From positions 3,424,001 to 3,488,000 of the forward strand of contig OZ243913.1 of assembly GCA_965213705.1 (NCBI GenBank): a DNA stretch of 64,000 nt, in the 5' to 3' direction. Under the pieces are notes generated by a model. The model searched no databases, had not been told where the DNA came from, and saw nothing but the letters and a program-made list of their open reading frames with translations. The number at the start of each line of letters is the position of its first letter. Position 1 is the first letter of the stretch. Shown here piece by piece: positions 20,700 through 31,180 of the stretch. This DNA comes from Trueperaceae bacterium (GTDB lineage: Bacteria > Deinococcota > Deinococci > Deinococcales > Trueperaceae). The translations under genes and the position numbers were made by a program.

Positions 20700-22040
20700 A
20701 TGCCCAAAGTAACCCTTATCGGCGCAGGCAGCGCGGTCTTCGCGGCCGAAATCATGAAAGACATTCTCGTCACACCCGGCTTAGAGTCTGGCACCTTTGC
20801 CCTGGTCGACATCGACGAACGGCGGCTCGAGGTCGCCCACCAAATGGCCGAATGGTTGGTCGAGAAAAGTGCCCGCGACTGGTCGGTAGAGGCTTCGACG
20901 GACAGAGCGAAGGTGCTCAGCGGCACCGACTACCTCGTTAACTCGATTGAGGTTGCGGGACTCGCCAACGTGCGGCACGACTACGACATCCCCATGAAAT
21001 ACGGGGTCGACCAAGCCATCGGCGACACCATCGGGCCGGGTGGTCTGTTCAAGGCGCTGCGAACGCTGCCCGCTTGGCTGGAGATTCTCGCCGACACCGA
21101 ACGCCTCGCGCCGAAGGCGCTGGTGTTGAACTACACCAACCCCATGTCCCTGACGGTGCTGACGGGCGTACGCGCCTCGAGTTTGCCCATCGTCGGGTTG
21201 TGTCACTCGATTCAGCACACGACGCAGCAGTTGGCAGAATACCTGGACGTTCCTTACGACAACATCGACTGGCAAGGCGCGGGCATCAATCACCTCGCTT
21301 GGATTACCAAGCTCGAGCAAGATGGGCAAGACCTCTACCCGGTGCTGCGCAAACGCCTCGAAGAACAGCCCGTGCTTTTTGAGCGCGACCCTGTGCGTTT
21401 CGAGATGATGAAGCATTTGGGCGCGTTTGTCACCGAGTCAAGCGGGCACACGTCCGAGTACACGGCGTATTTTCGCAAGCGCCCCGACCTGATTAAAAAG
21501 TATATGCGGAGCGGTTACTTGGGCGAGAGTGGTTATTACGCTAATAACTGGCCCAAATGGCGCGAAAATCATTTGCAAGAACTGCGAGACATTAGGGTGG
21601 GCAAAGAAAAATACGAACTGAAACGCGGCCCCGAGTACGCCTCGCGCATCATTGAGGCAGTGGAGACGGGCACGCCCCAAGTCATCTACGGCAACGTACC
21701 CAACACCGGACTTATCGACAACCTGCCGCAAAACGGGGTGGTCGAAGTCGCTTGCCTGGTGGACCGAAAAGGCGTGCAGCCGACCCACTTCGGGGCGCTG
21801 CCGACGCAGTTGGCGAACCTAGACCGGCAACACATGGCCTTTCACGACCTGGTCGCGACCGCCGTTTTGGAACAAGACCGCACCGCCGCCGTCCACGCGC
21901 TGATGTGCGACCCGCTGACGGCGGCGGTGTGTTCGCTATCCGAAATACGGCAACTGTTCGATGAGATGGCGGTGGCGGAGAAAGCGTACCTGCCTGCGTT
22001 CGTAAATCTCGGCGCTGAGAAGGAAACGGTGAGGGTTTGA
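20700..22040 (+). CDS. GH4 NAD-dependent glycosidase (alpha-galactosidase MelA-like)
   Basis: IGAGS, GDTIGPGG, NYTNP, GLCHS and GINH motifs. Confidence 0.9.
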   Translation: MPKVTLIGAGSAVFAAEIMKDILVTPGLESGTFALVDIDERRLEVAHQMAEWLVEKSARDWSVEASTDRAKVLSGTDYLVNSIEVAGLANVRHDYDIPMKYGVDQAIGDTIGPGGLFKALRTLPAWLEILADTERLAPKALVLNYTNPMSLTVLTGVRASSLPIVGLCHSIQHTTQQLAEYLDVPYDNIDWQGAGINHLAWITKLEQDGQDLYPVLRKRLEEQPVLFERDPVRFEMMKHLGAFVTESSGHTSEYTAYFRKRPDLIKKYMRSGYLGESGYYANNWPKWRENHLQELRDIRVGKEKYELKRGPEYASRIIEAVETGTPQVIYGNVPNTGLIDNLPQNGVVEVACLVDRKGVQPTHFGALPTQLANLDRQHMAFHDLVATAVLEQDRTAAVHALMCDPLTAAVCSLSEIRQLFDEMAVAEKAYLPAFVNLGAEKETVRV

Positions 22041-22114
22041 GGATTGAGTTCCAAGGCCGTTTAGGCTTGCGGCCAAGGGTATGCTGAGGGCTGAACTTTG
22101 TTGAGGCTTAGATC

Positions 22115-23260
22115 GTGCTGAAACCCAAACTGCTCTACTTTCTTTACTACGCCGCTGCCGCCTCGCTGCTGCCTTTTCTAGTGCTTTACTACGAACGTCT
22201 GAGCTTGTCCGGGCAACAGGTCGGCGTGTTGTGCGCGCTTTTACCGCTGGCAACGCTGCTTGGGGTACCGTTGTGGAGCACGGCCGCCGACCTGTTGCAG
22301 CGTCACAAAACCTTGATTTTGGTGGCGGTCGGAGGTGCCCTCGCTGCTACGCTGTTGCCCCTTCTGACGACGAGCTACCTGGGTTTGCTGGTGGTAGTAG
22401 GGGCACTGTCACTGTTTACCGCGCCCATTATGCCACTCGTTGACCACCTGACCCTGACGCTACTTCAAGACCAAAAGAGTCGCTACGGTGCCTTGCGCCT
22501 CTGGGGCGCAGTCGGTTGGGGAGTGGCGGCCCCCATCACGGGTTTTCTGACCGAGCAAAGTGGGCTGCGCTGGGCCTTTTTCGTCGCTTTCGGCTTGCTG
22601 GGCTTGCTCTGGAGCGTGAGCTACACCCTGCCCAAAATCGGGGACGGGCGAGCTACGGAACACGCTCGAGACTTGCGCGGGTTCCTGACGCCTACCTGGA
22701 CGAACTTTCTGCTGGCGGCCTTTACGGGAGGCGTCTGCTTGGCGGTGAGCAGCAACTTTTTATACCTCCACATGGCCGCTTTGGGTATCAGTCCGACCCT
22801 CGTCGGCCTCGCGCTGACGGTCGCCACGGTGAGCGAGCTGCCGGTTTTTTGGTTCTCCGGCCGACTGTTGAAGCGCTATCCTGCCTCGGCGCTGCTCGCG
22901 CTCGCGCTGTTCGTTTTTTCGGTGAGGTCGCTGCTGTATGCGTTCGTGCTCGAACCTTGGCTTCTTTTGGCCGTTCAATTGCTCCACGGCGCGACCTTTT
23001 CGCTGCTGTGGGTCGCGGGAGTAGCTTACGCGGATGAGTTGGCCCCCGGTGGGATGGGCGCGACGGCGCAGGGTTTGTTTACCGCCACGGTTTTGGGGCT
23101 GGGCAGCGCTGTCGGCGCGCTGGTCGGCGGCCTGCTTTACGACGCGCTCGGGGCCGCCGCTATGTTTAAGTGGACGGCCGCTGGCGTACTGGCCGTCTGC
23201 GCCTACACCGTACTTATCCTCTCCAACCGTGCCCCGGTGGGGAAAAGGAAGGTTTACTGA
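22115..23260 (+). CDS. MFS transporter (MFS_1-like)
   Basis: YGALRLWGAVGW and QLLHGATF motifs; many hydrophobic segments. Confidence 0.85.
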   Translation: MLKPKLLYFLYYAAAASLLPFLVLYYERLSLSGQQVGVLCALLPLATLLGVPLWSTAADLLQRHKTLILVAVGGALAATLLPLLTTSYLGLLVVVGALSLFTAPIMPLVDHLTLTLLQDQKSRYGALRLWGAVGWGVAAPITGFLTEQSGLRWAFFVAFGLLGLLWSVSYTLPKIGDGRATEHARDLRGFLTPTWTNFLLAAFTGGVCLAVSSNFLYLHMAALGISPTLVGLALTVATVSELPVFWFSGRLLKRYPASALLALALFVFSVRSLLYAFVLEPWLLLAVQLLHGATFSLLWVAGVAYADELAPGGMGATAQGLFTATVLGLGSAVGALVGGLLYDALGAAAMFKWTAAGVLAVCAYTVLILSNRAPVGKRKVY

Positions 23261-23262
23261 GC

Positions 23263-24186
23263 ATGGCTTCCGAATACGACCTGCTCGTCGTCGGTGAAAT
23301 CAATCCCGACCTCGTCTTGCAGGGCGAAGACGTGACACCCACATTTGGACAGGCGGAAAAACTCGTCGACAAGGCGAGTCTGACCATCGGCTCCTCGGCG
23401 GCCATCGCCGCTTGTGGCGCAGCTAGATTGGGGCTTGGCGTGGCGTTCATCGGTTTGGTCGGGGACGACCTGTTCGGCCACTTTATGCTTGAAGCGTTGC
23501 AGGCTCGAGGTGTCGATACGTCCGGCTGCACCGTTACCGCTGCACGCGCCACCGGCTTCAGCGTGATTCTGTCCGAACCCCATGACCGCGCTATCTTGAC
23601 CTTCCCCGGCACCATTACCGAATTGTGCATAACCGATATTGACCTGACTCTGTTGGAGCGAGCCAAACACCTGCACCTGAGCAGCTTTTTCTTGCTCGAT
23701 AAGCTGCGCCCTGACGTGCCCGAGCTGTTCGCACACGCCAAACGCCAGGGCCTGACGACCTCGCTCGACACCAACTGGGACCCGGCAAACAGGTGGCGCG
23801 GCCTAGCGGCAACACTTCGGCACACCGACGTTCTATTTCCTAACCAGCAAGAAGCCTTGCGTATCGCCGGGCGAGACGAACTCGGCCTCGCCCTCGACCT
23901 TCTTGCCGAGCAAGTACCGACGCTGGCGGTCAAATTGGGGCTCGAGGGGGGCGTTGCCCGGCAAGGCGGTCACGAAGTGCGGGCTCCGGTCGTCCCGGTC
24001 GAAGTCGTCGACACGACCGGGGCCGGAGACTCGTTCGACGCCGGCTTTCTCTACGGCTATTTGCAGGGTTGGTCTTTAGAAACAAACTTGCGTTTCGCCT
24101 GCGCTTGTGGTTCGCTCTCGACAAGAGGGATGGGTGGCACAGATCGGCAGGCAACGCTTGAAGAGACTTTAGGTGTTCTAGCATAG
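23263..24186 (+). CDS. PfkB/ribokinase family sugar kinase
   Basis: VVGEINPD and VVDTTGAGDSF motifs. Confidence 0.9.
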   Translation: MASEYDLLVVGEINPDLVLQGEDVTPTFGQAEKLVDKASLTIGSSAAIAACGAARLGLGVAFIGLVGDDLFGHFMLEALQARGVDTSGCTVTAARATGFSVILSEPHDRAILTFPGTITELCITDIDLTLLERAKHLHLSSFFLLDKLRPDVPELFAHAKRQGLTTSLDTNWDPANRWRGLAATLRHTDVLFPNQQEALRIAGRDELGLALDLLAEQVPTLAVKLGLEGGVARQGGHEVRAPVVPVEVVDTTGAGDSFDAGFLYGYLQGWSLETNLRFACACGSLSTRGMGGTDRQATLEETLGVLA

Positions 24187-24379
24187 ATTGTGATAGCGAC
24201 TTGCAACAAGGAGGCTAGCTCAAAGTTAGTGAGTACTTCCAATAGTTCGTAAATCTGTCGACGGAAGCCAAGTTTATCTTTGTGAAGTTTGAGCTGCTAA
24301 AAGCCCTAATTCAATCTGATTTTAAGGTTGGACTACGGCCCGTCTGCCGCGCAATCGAAGCTTCGAACGTTTTAGTTCA

Positions 24380-25229
24380 GAGACTGTTTTAGAATTAGCC
24401 AGTCGCCTCTGATTTAGCTGCCAACCTCCGCACCATCAGGCGAATCATGGCGACGTGGATGAAGGATTCGCCTGTCTGCGGCTTCTGCTCGTAATCAATA
24501 ACCAACCTACGACACTTCAACCACCACGCCAGCGTCCTTTTTACAATCCAGCGTTTGGGCTGGACCTCAAACTTTTCTCTTGGGCGTTTGACAATCTCCA
24601 GCTCCCAGCCATCACGAGCACAGGTCTGAGCGAGGTCTTCACCCGTATAATTCGCATCCGCCCAGATCTTCTCAGGCTTCGGTAGAGAGAGCTTCTTGCC
24701 ACCCAGGCAGGCTTTTGCACCCCAACGTTCACCCACGTTGGCAGGCGTGGTGTAAACAGATAAAAGTAGGCCCAGCGTATCGACCAGAACATGCCGCTTG
24801 CGTCCTTTGGCCTTCTTATTGCCATCGAAGCCACGAAACCGCGCCCCCTCTGCGGTAGTCTTGACACTTTGGCTGTCCAGCACCGCAGCGGATGGGTCAG
24901 GGTGACGGCCCGCTTTCTGGCGCGTTGCTTTGCGCAACGCTTCGTGTACTTTGAACCACATACCTCGTCGTTGTCACTGACGAAAGTGGTAAAAAGCTGT
25001 CTGCCAAGGCGGAAAGTCGGCGGGTAGATAGCGCCATTGGCAACCGGTCTTGAGAACATAGAAGATACCGTTGAGAACGGTTCGGACAGGCCATTTGCGT
25101 CTTCGACCACGTCGCGGTGGGTAGTGGAAGAGGGGCTCGAGAACTCGCCATTCTCGGTCACTCAAATTACTCGGATAGGTATGCTTTTCCATCCGAACAG
25201 GATACACGCTTTATTTACCAAACAGTCTC
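24380..25229 (-). mobile_element. IS5-family (IS1031-like) element, transposase with in-frame TGA at 24974
   Basis: TIRs GAGACTGTTT...[38 protein letters not shown] and PKRWIV motifs. Confidence 0.9.
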
Positions 25230-25230
25230 T

Positions 25231-25573
25231 AATCGAGTGGGTCGCTTTATTGGAGGGTAGAGGCATTGGCTTTATGAGCCTGCAGGAGTCGATTGACACG
25301 ACCACCTCGACAAGCAAGCTCATTTTCCATATCTTCGGCGCGCTGGCTGAGTTCGAACGTAACCTCATCCGGGAGCGCATCAACGCTTGACTCGCGGCGG
25401 CCAGGGCGCGCGGTCGCAAAGGAGGACGCTCGAAAGCCCTTACCCCCAAGCAGCGGAAACGGGTGGTCGAACTCTACGAGAACAAAGAGGTGTCGGTCAA
25501 AGAACTCTGCACCATGTTCGCCATCTCTAAACCGACGCTTTACAGTTATGTCAGGGAGAGTCAGCATGGCTAA
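25231..25573 (+). pseudogene. Serine resolvase/invertase, 5'-truncated with an internal stop
   Basis: SLQESIDTT, FHIFGALAEFERNLIRER, *LAAARARGRKGGR and C-terminal HTH ISKPTLYSY. Confidence 0.85.
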
Positions 25574-26447
25574 CTTGTATCCAGGGTGTGAAGACTGTAA
25601 GGCGAGTACAGACGATGAGCACTACCTCGTTCACGACGCCGTCTGGTACAAAGCCTGCCCCAACCCTAGCGCGTGGTTGTGCCTTGGCTGTCTGGAAATA
25701 AGGCTGGAAAGGCGGCTGGTCCCGAGCGACTTTCAGCCCATCAACCTCAACTTCAACCCGCTCATCGAGGACAGGTCCGAACGCTTTCAGAACCGGGTGG
25801 GCTTGGACGAATTTCCGGTTCAAAACGACCCCGAGGTGTTCGACGCGATCTACGCCCACTTCCCCTTTCTCAAGAACCATCCCCTGGACTTGAACGGCGG
25901 CTTCATCGACGAGGCGCGCAGCCTGGGGAAGTTGCAACGTCCCGACCTGCTGGGTTTCGTCATGGCCTATGAACTGGAACGCGAACCCTACCCCGGAGAC
26001 TTTCCTTTTCTCACCCCAGAGCAAAACCGGCAGCTCTGCTGTTACCGAGAACTACGACCGGTCATCCCCTGGCCGCAACCCCTCATGGCCCTGGTCCAGC
26101 GAGCAGACGGGCAACTGGTGACGGGGGACATCCAGAAGGTGACGGTGGTGCTTAAAAACGCCGGCAACACCCAGGTGTGGTTTGGAGGTGACACGGCCGT
26201 GCTCTGGGAAGCGTTCTTCGACCGGCAGCTCAAGGCTCGGGATGACCACGCGATACTGATGACGCGACTCTGGGACGTGCTCGAGGCCTACCTTCAGAAA
26301 CAGGGCGTAACGTAGGTCTACACCTACGCGAGTGCCCCTGAGTTTTCAGACGACTGGTATCAACCCTGGTTGGAGGCCAGGGGGTACAGGGTGGCGGGTG
26401 ACAGCCCCAGACCTGCGTTGAGGAAAGAGTTGAGAATTTATGGGTAG
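25566..26447 (+). pseudogene. Hypothetical protein with N-terminal Cys-rich Zn-finger-like domain; in-frame TAG at 26313
   Basis: CEDC...HDAVW...LCLGCLEIRLERRL; the frame continues about 43 codons past the TAG. Confidence 0.45.
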
Positions 26448-26514
26448 GCGTAACCGTAGGTTTCTGTTTAAATGCGCCCGCTGGTCCGGCTACCGCAGTT
26501 TTCGTTCCAATTCT

Positions 26515-26720
26515 AGGGATACCCCAAAGTCATCTACCGCCTCATGGAAAAAGGGCTTGCCCTGTTGCCCATCTTGATGCACATTAGCAACTGGAGCCAC
26601 AAGTACCAGCCTGTTGGCGAGGCGTACGCGCCCGGCAACGCGTCGCCTGAATAGAGGGGCCCCGCTCGTTGGGAGAAGCTGATGGCGGAGCTTCGTAGAA
26701 CACATCTGGGTGCGGCTTGA
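26515..26720 (+). pseudogene. HxlR-like winged-HTH regulator fragment
   Basis: KVIYRLMEKG followed, after a frameshift, by LLPILMHISNWSHKY. Confidence 0.4.
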
Positions 26721-27040
26721 CCGGCGTCTGTAAAGGGTGACATCGCTCTCTCAGACACTTCATAGGCCCGCCGAAGCTCGAGGCGGCGAGCGCTGAAAGT
26801 GGCAAGCAGTGCGCCGACAAAACCTGTCAAGCAGGGTGGCTTGAAGATGTCGAAAGCTTGTGCGCTAACCCAACCGCGTCTTAAGCCCACAGCTACCAAC
26901 CTTTGCTCTGAGATAGAGTTTTGGGCAGTCGACGGCGCACTTTCCTTGAGTCAGCGGTGCCGGCTTGTACGCCCCTTCGATTTCTTGGCGTTCAACAAAA
27001 GACACGCGCGTATTACACTCTACCTACTCGCTGTCGACGG

Positions 27041-28030
27041 TTAAGCGCTCAGTTGTGCCACGACAGCACTGTCGCGTGCGGGGTTACCGCTCGAGCGTTT
27101 CCGGCTGTACATCAGGGTGTCAGCGCGGCGTAGCAAGCTTTCAAGGTCGCTGCCGGGCTCAAAGCGCACACAGCCCACATCGGCCCAGATTTGAACCTGC
27201 CCCACCGTCGCCGCGACGGGCGCGGCGAAAAGGGCTTCGAGGCGGTCCCTAGAAAAGTCCGTCTCAGTGGCAACGATAAACTCGTCACCCCCGTAGCGCA
27301 ACACGATGTCCGAGGCGCGCACCGAGCCGCGCAACCGTTCGGCAACCGTCCGCAAGACCTCGTCCCCGACGCGGTGTCCGTGCGTGTCGTTGACTGCCTT
27401 GAAACCGCCCAAGTCGATAAACGACAAGGTGAAGGCTTTTTCGTCCCTGACCCAGTCTTCAAGTCGCTCGAGCCCGGCGCTGCGGTTGAGGATCATCGGC
27501 AAAAGGCTGTCGGTCCGGGCCGCGCGGCGCTCTAGGTTAAAGGTTAGCAGGGCGGCGACCATGCTCGCGAGCGAAACGGCGTTGACAACAGCAAAGAATC
27601 CGAAGCCGCCGGTGCCCCAACCGCCCGCGGCGAGCGTGAACGCCGTTAACAAGGCGAGCCAAGTCACCACGGCGGGGCGCAAACCGTCGAGCAAGAGCAC
27701 GAGTGCCGAACCGAACATCCAGGGGTAGGTGAGTACTTGTAAAGGGCTCGTTGCCCCACCTGTTGCGCGGATGAAAAGTGCGAGGGCCACGCACTCACAG
27801 AGGTAAAGTGACCAAGCGATGAAGTCGCGCCCGTCTTTAGACCAAAGTGCCACAAGGTAGACGACCGGCAGCGCGACCAAAACAAGTCGCTGCGCTCCTT
27901 GTAAGGGCAGTAGACCCGAAAAGTAAAGAGCCAAGTAAACAGGAGAGGCGAGCAAGCTACCGACCACACGTTGCCGCCAGATAGTACGGTGAGACGAACC
28001 GAGTTGCATGAGACTCAGTGTAACGGACAT
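27041..28030 (-). CDS. Membrane-anchored diguanylate cyclase
   Basis: N-terminal TM helices; FKAVNDTHGHRVGD, RASD I-site and RYGGDEF. Confidence 0.9.
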   Translation of the reverse strand: MSVTLSLMQLGSSHRTIWRQRVVGSLLASPVYLALYFSGLLPLQGAQRLVLVALPVVYLVALWSKDGRDFIAWSLYLCECVALALFIRATGGATSPLQVLTYPWMFGSALVLLLDGLRPAVVTWLALLTAFTLAAGGWGTGGFGFFAVVNAVSLASMVAALLTFNLERRAARTDSLLPMILNRSAGLERLEDWVRDEKAFTLSFIDLGGFKAVNDTHGHRVGDEVLRTVAERLRGSVRASDIVLRYGGDEFIVATETDFSRDRLEALFAAPVAATVGQVQIWADVGCVRFEPGSDLESLLRRADTLMYSRKRSSGNPARDSAVVAQLSA

Positions 28031-28274
28031 CTTGGCACAAACAACTTACAACAAAGCAGAACGTTAGGTTTCTCGAGCCGCTCGAGCCTGTTCGTTGCGC
28101 GGCAGTCATAAACTCCGGTTTTGGTAGAACGTTTATACAACGCCAAAGAGATGGGTTTGAACGACTTTTCTCGTCTGCCAGCGCGTATCGTGGTCTATGA
28201 ACGCCACACTTTGGCCCATCGGTTGCACAAGCCCACAGCCCTAACCTCTGATAAAATGAATCAACGACACCTTT

Positions 28275-28606
28275 TTGCACCAGACCGGCGACGAGGTATT
28301 GTGGACCGTGGCGCAACTTCTCAAAAAACAGGTGCGTGAAGTCGACACTGTTGCCCGTTACGGTGGTGAAGAGTTCTTGTTGGTCTTACCCGAAACGCCC
28401 GCGCGAAGCGCCCTGAACATGTGCGAGAAACTTCGCCGCGCAGTGGCGGCCCACCCTTGGGACGCGCTCGCGCGCGGTCTCTAAGGTGACGCTCAGTATC
28501 GGACTTTCAAATGATATAAGCGTGCCCAATTGTGAAAAGCTCGTGGGTGCGGCCAACGCAAACTCTACGACGTCAAACGTTCGGGTAAGAACCAAGTGCA
28601 GGGTTA
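28275..28606 (+). pseudogene. GGDEF-domain fragment
   Basis: HQTGDEVL, ARYGGEEF and frameshifted VTLSIG. Confidence 0.75.
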
Positions 28607-28641
28607 GGCGGACGAGTCAAGCTCAGGTGTGGGTTTGTTTG

Positions 28642-28749
28642 AACTCATACCAAAATGATGTCGTGTCACAGTCTGAACTTGTTCAAGGCAATTTGCTCCA
28701 CGTAGATTTATTGATGTTATGATGTTAGTAGATCACTTTGGTATGAGTT
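28642..28749. repeat. 108-bp AT-rich segment with 18-bp terminal inverted repeats (MITE-like)
   Basis: AACTCATACCAAAATGAT ... ATCACTTTGGTATGAGTT, 17/18 match. Confidence 0.55.
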
Positions 28750-28879
28750 TGTGGAGTTTCCCAAACGCTCAGACACCCAAAAACAAGTCAGGCAACAAAA
28801 GTGATGAAGTCTGTAACCTTCTTGTCGTGTTCGAAGAATGTATCTTGAATTTTAGCGACAATTCGGAGTGCTTGTCGCG

Positions 28880-29149
28880 CGGCGCGTTGAGAAGCTGCTC
28901 GCGGCTAACAAGGACATAGACACGACGCGCATTGCCAATGGCTGTCACCGTTTGCACCCCGGCGAGTGGAACGTCGGTGAGGTGGCGGGAACGCTAGCAG
29001 TGTACTACTTGCAGTACGGCGTCGCGCCGGGGCAGGTCAGAAATGACCAAACAAGGCCCAAGGACTTCCAACGCGTCCTCGTTGAAAGTTTGGACGTTAA
29101 ACTTGCTTGGCTGGATGATGAGCCTGAACCCTCGGATGGAGCTTTTTAG
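28880..29149 (+). pseudogene. C-terminal fragment of FAD-dependent oxidoreductase
   Basis: LLAANKDIDTTRIANGCHRLHPGEWNVGEVAG. Confidence 0.65.
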
Positions 29150-29175
29150 TAGCGCTGATTAAAGAAGAGGAGTTT

Positions 29176-30084
29176 GTGATGCGCAAAATGTCAGCAAGAT
29201 GGTTACTGCAGACCCCGCCTGTGCGGCTGGTCCTCGCCTTAGTGTTTGTGGGTGGCGCGCTTACCCTCGTCGGCTGGGTGTTAGGCGTTATGCAACGAGC
29301 GCTCGCGGCGAACGCCGGGCGCGGCTCACCCCTGCAACTTCTGTTCGCCCTCGTGTCAGCCGCGACCGCCCTGGGCGCTTACTACGCTTACGTCCGCCTT
29401 GTAGAACGGCGGCCGGTGGTTGAGCTATCACGACCAGGGGCGGTCCGGGAATTGGGGCTGGGTGTGTTGCTGGGCGCGGGCCTCTTTACCTTTACGGTCG
29501 CGGTGCTGGCGCTTCTCGGGGTCTACCGCGCCACCGGTGTGGGGACGGGGGCAGGCGTTTTGACGGTGTTGGTGGCGTCGGTCAACGCGGGCGTCGTTGA
29601 GGAGATTCTTTTTCGCGGCATCTTTTTCCGCATCGTCGAGGAGGGCTTGGGCAGTTGGCTGGCCCTGCTGTTATCGGCGTTATTTTTTGGGGTTGCACAC
29701 TTAGGCAATCCTAACGCGACCCCGGTCGGCGCGCTAGCCATCGCGCTCGAGGCCGGGATTCTGTTGGCTGCGGTGTACATGCTCACCCGGCGTTTGTGGT
29801 TTGCCGTCGGCCTTCACGTGGCTTGGAACTTTACCCAGGGCGGCATCTTCGGTAGTCCCATTTCCGGCTTCGCCTTCGACGGGCTTTTACAGGGTGAGCT
29901 GACAGGCCCTGCGCTTCTTTCGGGTGGCGCTTTCGGGGTGGAAGCCTCGGTGGTGGCTACGCTCGTCTGTTTGACGGCCGGGTCTTTCCTGATTCTGCGC
30001 GCGCGTCGAAAGGGCAGGGTGGTCGCGCCTTTCTGGAGGCGGGGGCGCAGCGAGACCCTTTTGACTGAACCCACGGGCTTGTGA
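29176..30084 (+). CDS. CPBP (CAAX/Abi) intramembrane metalloprotease
   Basis: EEILFRG, FGVAH and HVAWN motifs. Confidence 0.9.
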   Translation: MMRKMSARWLLQTPPVRLVLALVFVGGALTLVGWVLGVMQRALAANAGRGSPLQLLFALVSAATALGAYYAYVRLVERRPVVELSRPGAVRELGLGVLLGAGLFTFTVAVLALLGVYRATGVGTGAGVLTVLVASVNAGVVEEILFRGIFFRIVEEGLGSWLALLLSALFFGVAHLGNPNATPVGALAIALEAGILLAAVYMLTRRLWFAVGLHVAWNFTQGGIFGSPISGFAFDGLLQGELTGPALLSGGAFGVEASVVATLVCLTAGSFLILRARRKGRVVAPFWRRGRSETLLTEPTGL

Positions 30085-30478
30085 GCAACCTGAACCGTCA
30101 CGTCCGGTCAACGGGCCTTGAGGGGCCGAAGGTCGAAATTTCGGCTGGGTAGCTTCCATTATGCCCTCCGTGAATTTCTCTTGTCGAGGAGGAAGAGCTT
30201 TTTACAGGTCCAACAACTTAACCGCTTTGATACGCACTTTCGACCGCGTCGAGCGGCAGGTGCTGGCTTGCTGGCAGACGTAGCCAAATTGGGGTTTTTC
30301 GCCCAACCCCTCGAAAAGGTACATTTCATCAATATTGCTACAATACGAGATCCGTCAACACCAAGCCTCGAACGGGTTTAACGTATTGTAGAAGGAAAAA
30401 CATGTCACCAAAAACTTCTACAGATTGTCTTTAGTCTTTTTGGAGTTCGGGTATTAGAATTACTTTAGGAGGCCACGC

Positions 30479-30814
30479 GTGAGGATCTTGACAGGTTGCC
30501 TGGTTATGTTAATCCTTAACACGACGCTGGCACAGTCATTTCTTGTTGAAGAACGTCAACAGAACATCAACGCAGCGTTTAGCGGCTACGCCACGTTGCC
30601 AGGCGTGTCACCCAATTGTGGAACGTTGATGAGTGAAAGTAAAACCACATTTGTTATCTTCCCTGCAGGGAGAGCGTCTCCGTTCCTGCTGTTTGATGGG
30701 GCTGTGCTCAGCGCTTTTGAAATGCAAAATGAGGTGCTGGTGCGGGTGTTCTCGGCAGGGCTTGGGAACGGCGAGGAGAGCTTAGGGCTTGATAGGTCCT
30801 TTATGAGACGTTAA
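30479..30814 (+). CDS. Hypothetical exported protein, possibly truncated
   Basis: AGGAGG RBS; signal-peptide-like N-terminus. Confidence 0.35.
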   Translation: MRILTGCLVMLILNTTLAQSFLVEERQQNINAAFSGYATLPGVSPNCGTLMSESKTTFVIFPAGRASPFLLFDGAVLSAFEMQNEVLVRVFSAGLGNGEESLGLDRSFMRR

Positions 30815-30842
30815 CAAGCGGCTGAAGGGTTGGAGTGAAAGT

Positions 30843-31058
30843 TCAGCGTTTGGTCCACTTCACCTCAATCTCGATTTCTTCCTCGTCGCCCTCTCGCTCA
30901 TACTCGAATTCGACCGTGGCGTGCGCTGGCATATAAACACGGTGGCCCGCAATTTGAATCTCGAAGGCTTTGCCTTGCTCAATGGCGTCAGCGAGGCGGC
31001 GTAGTTTAGCGACAACATCATTTTTGTTGTACTGCTTTTCAACATTGGCGTTCTCCAT
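30843..31058 (-). CDS. Amphi-Trp domain protein
   Basis: VAKLRRLADAIEQG...EEIEIEVKW. Confidence 0.8.
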   Translation of the reverse strand: MENANVEKQYNKNDVVAKLRRLADAIEQGKAFEIQIAGHRVYMPAHATVEFEYEREGDEEEIEIEVKWTKR

Positions 31059-31180
31059 AGTTCTAATCCTTTCTGATAAATGTGGCTTGGCAGCTTTTGA
31101 CACTATGGCCAGCTCGAGCCTTTGCCGACTCCTCTGGGCCGTGCCGCTTAGCTTGTGCCTACTGGTGTTTGTCCCTAACG

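Noticed and set aside
25293..25565. N-terminal 91 aa of the 340-aa ORF
   Set aside because: Overlaps the resolvase remnant in another frame; the likely start is ATG 25566
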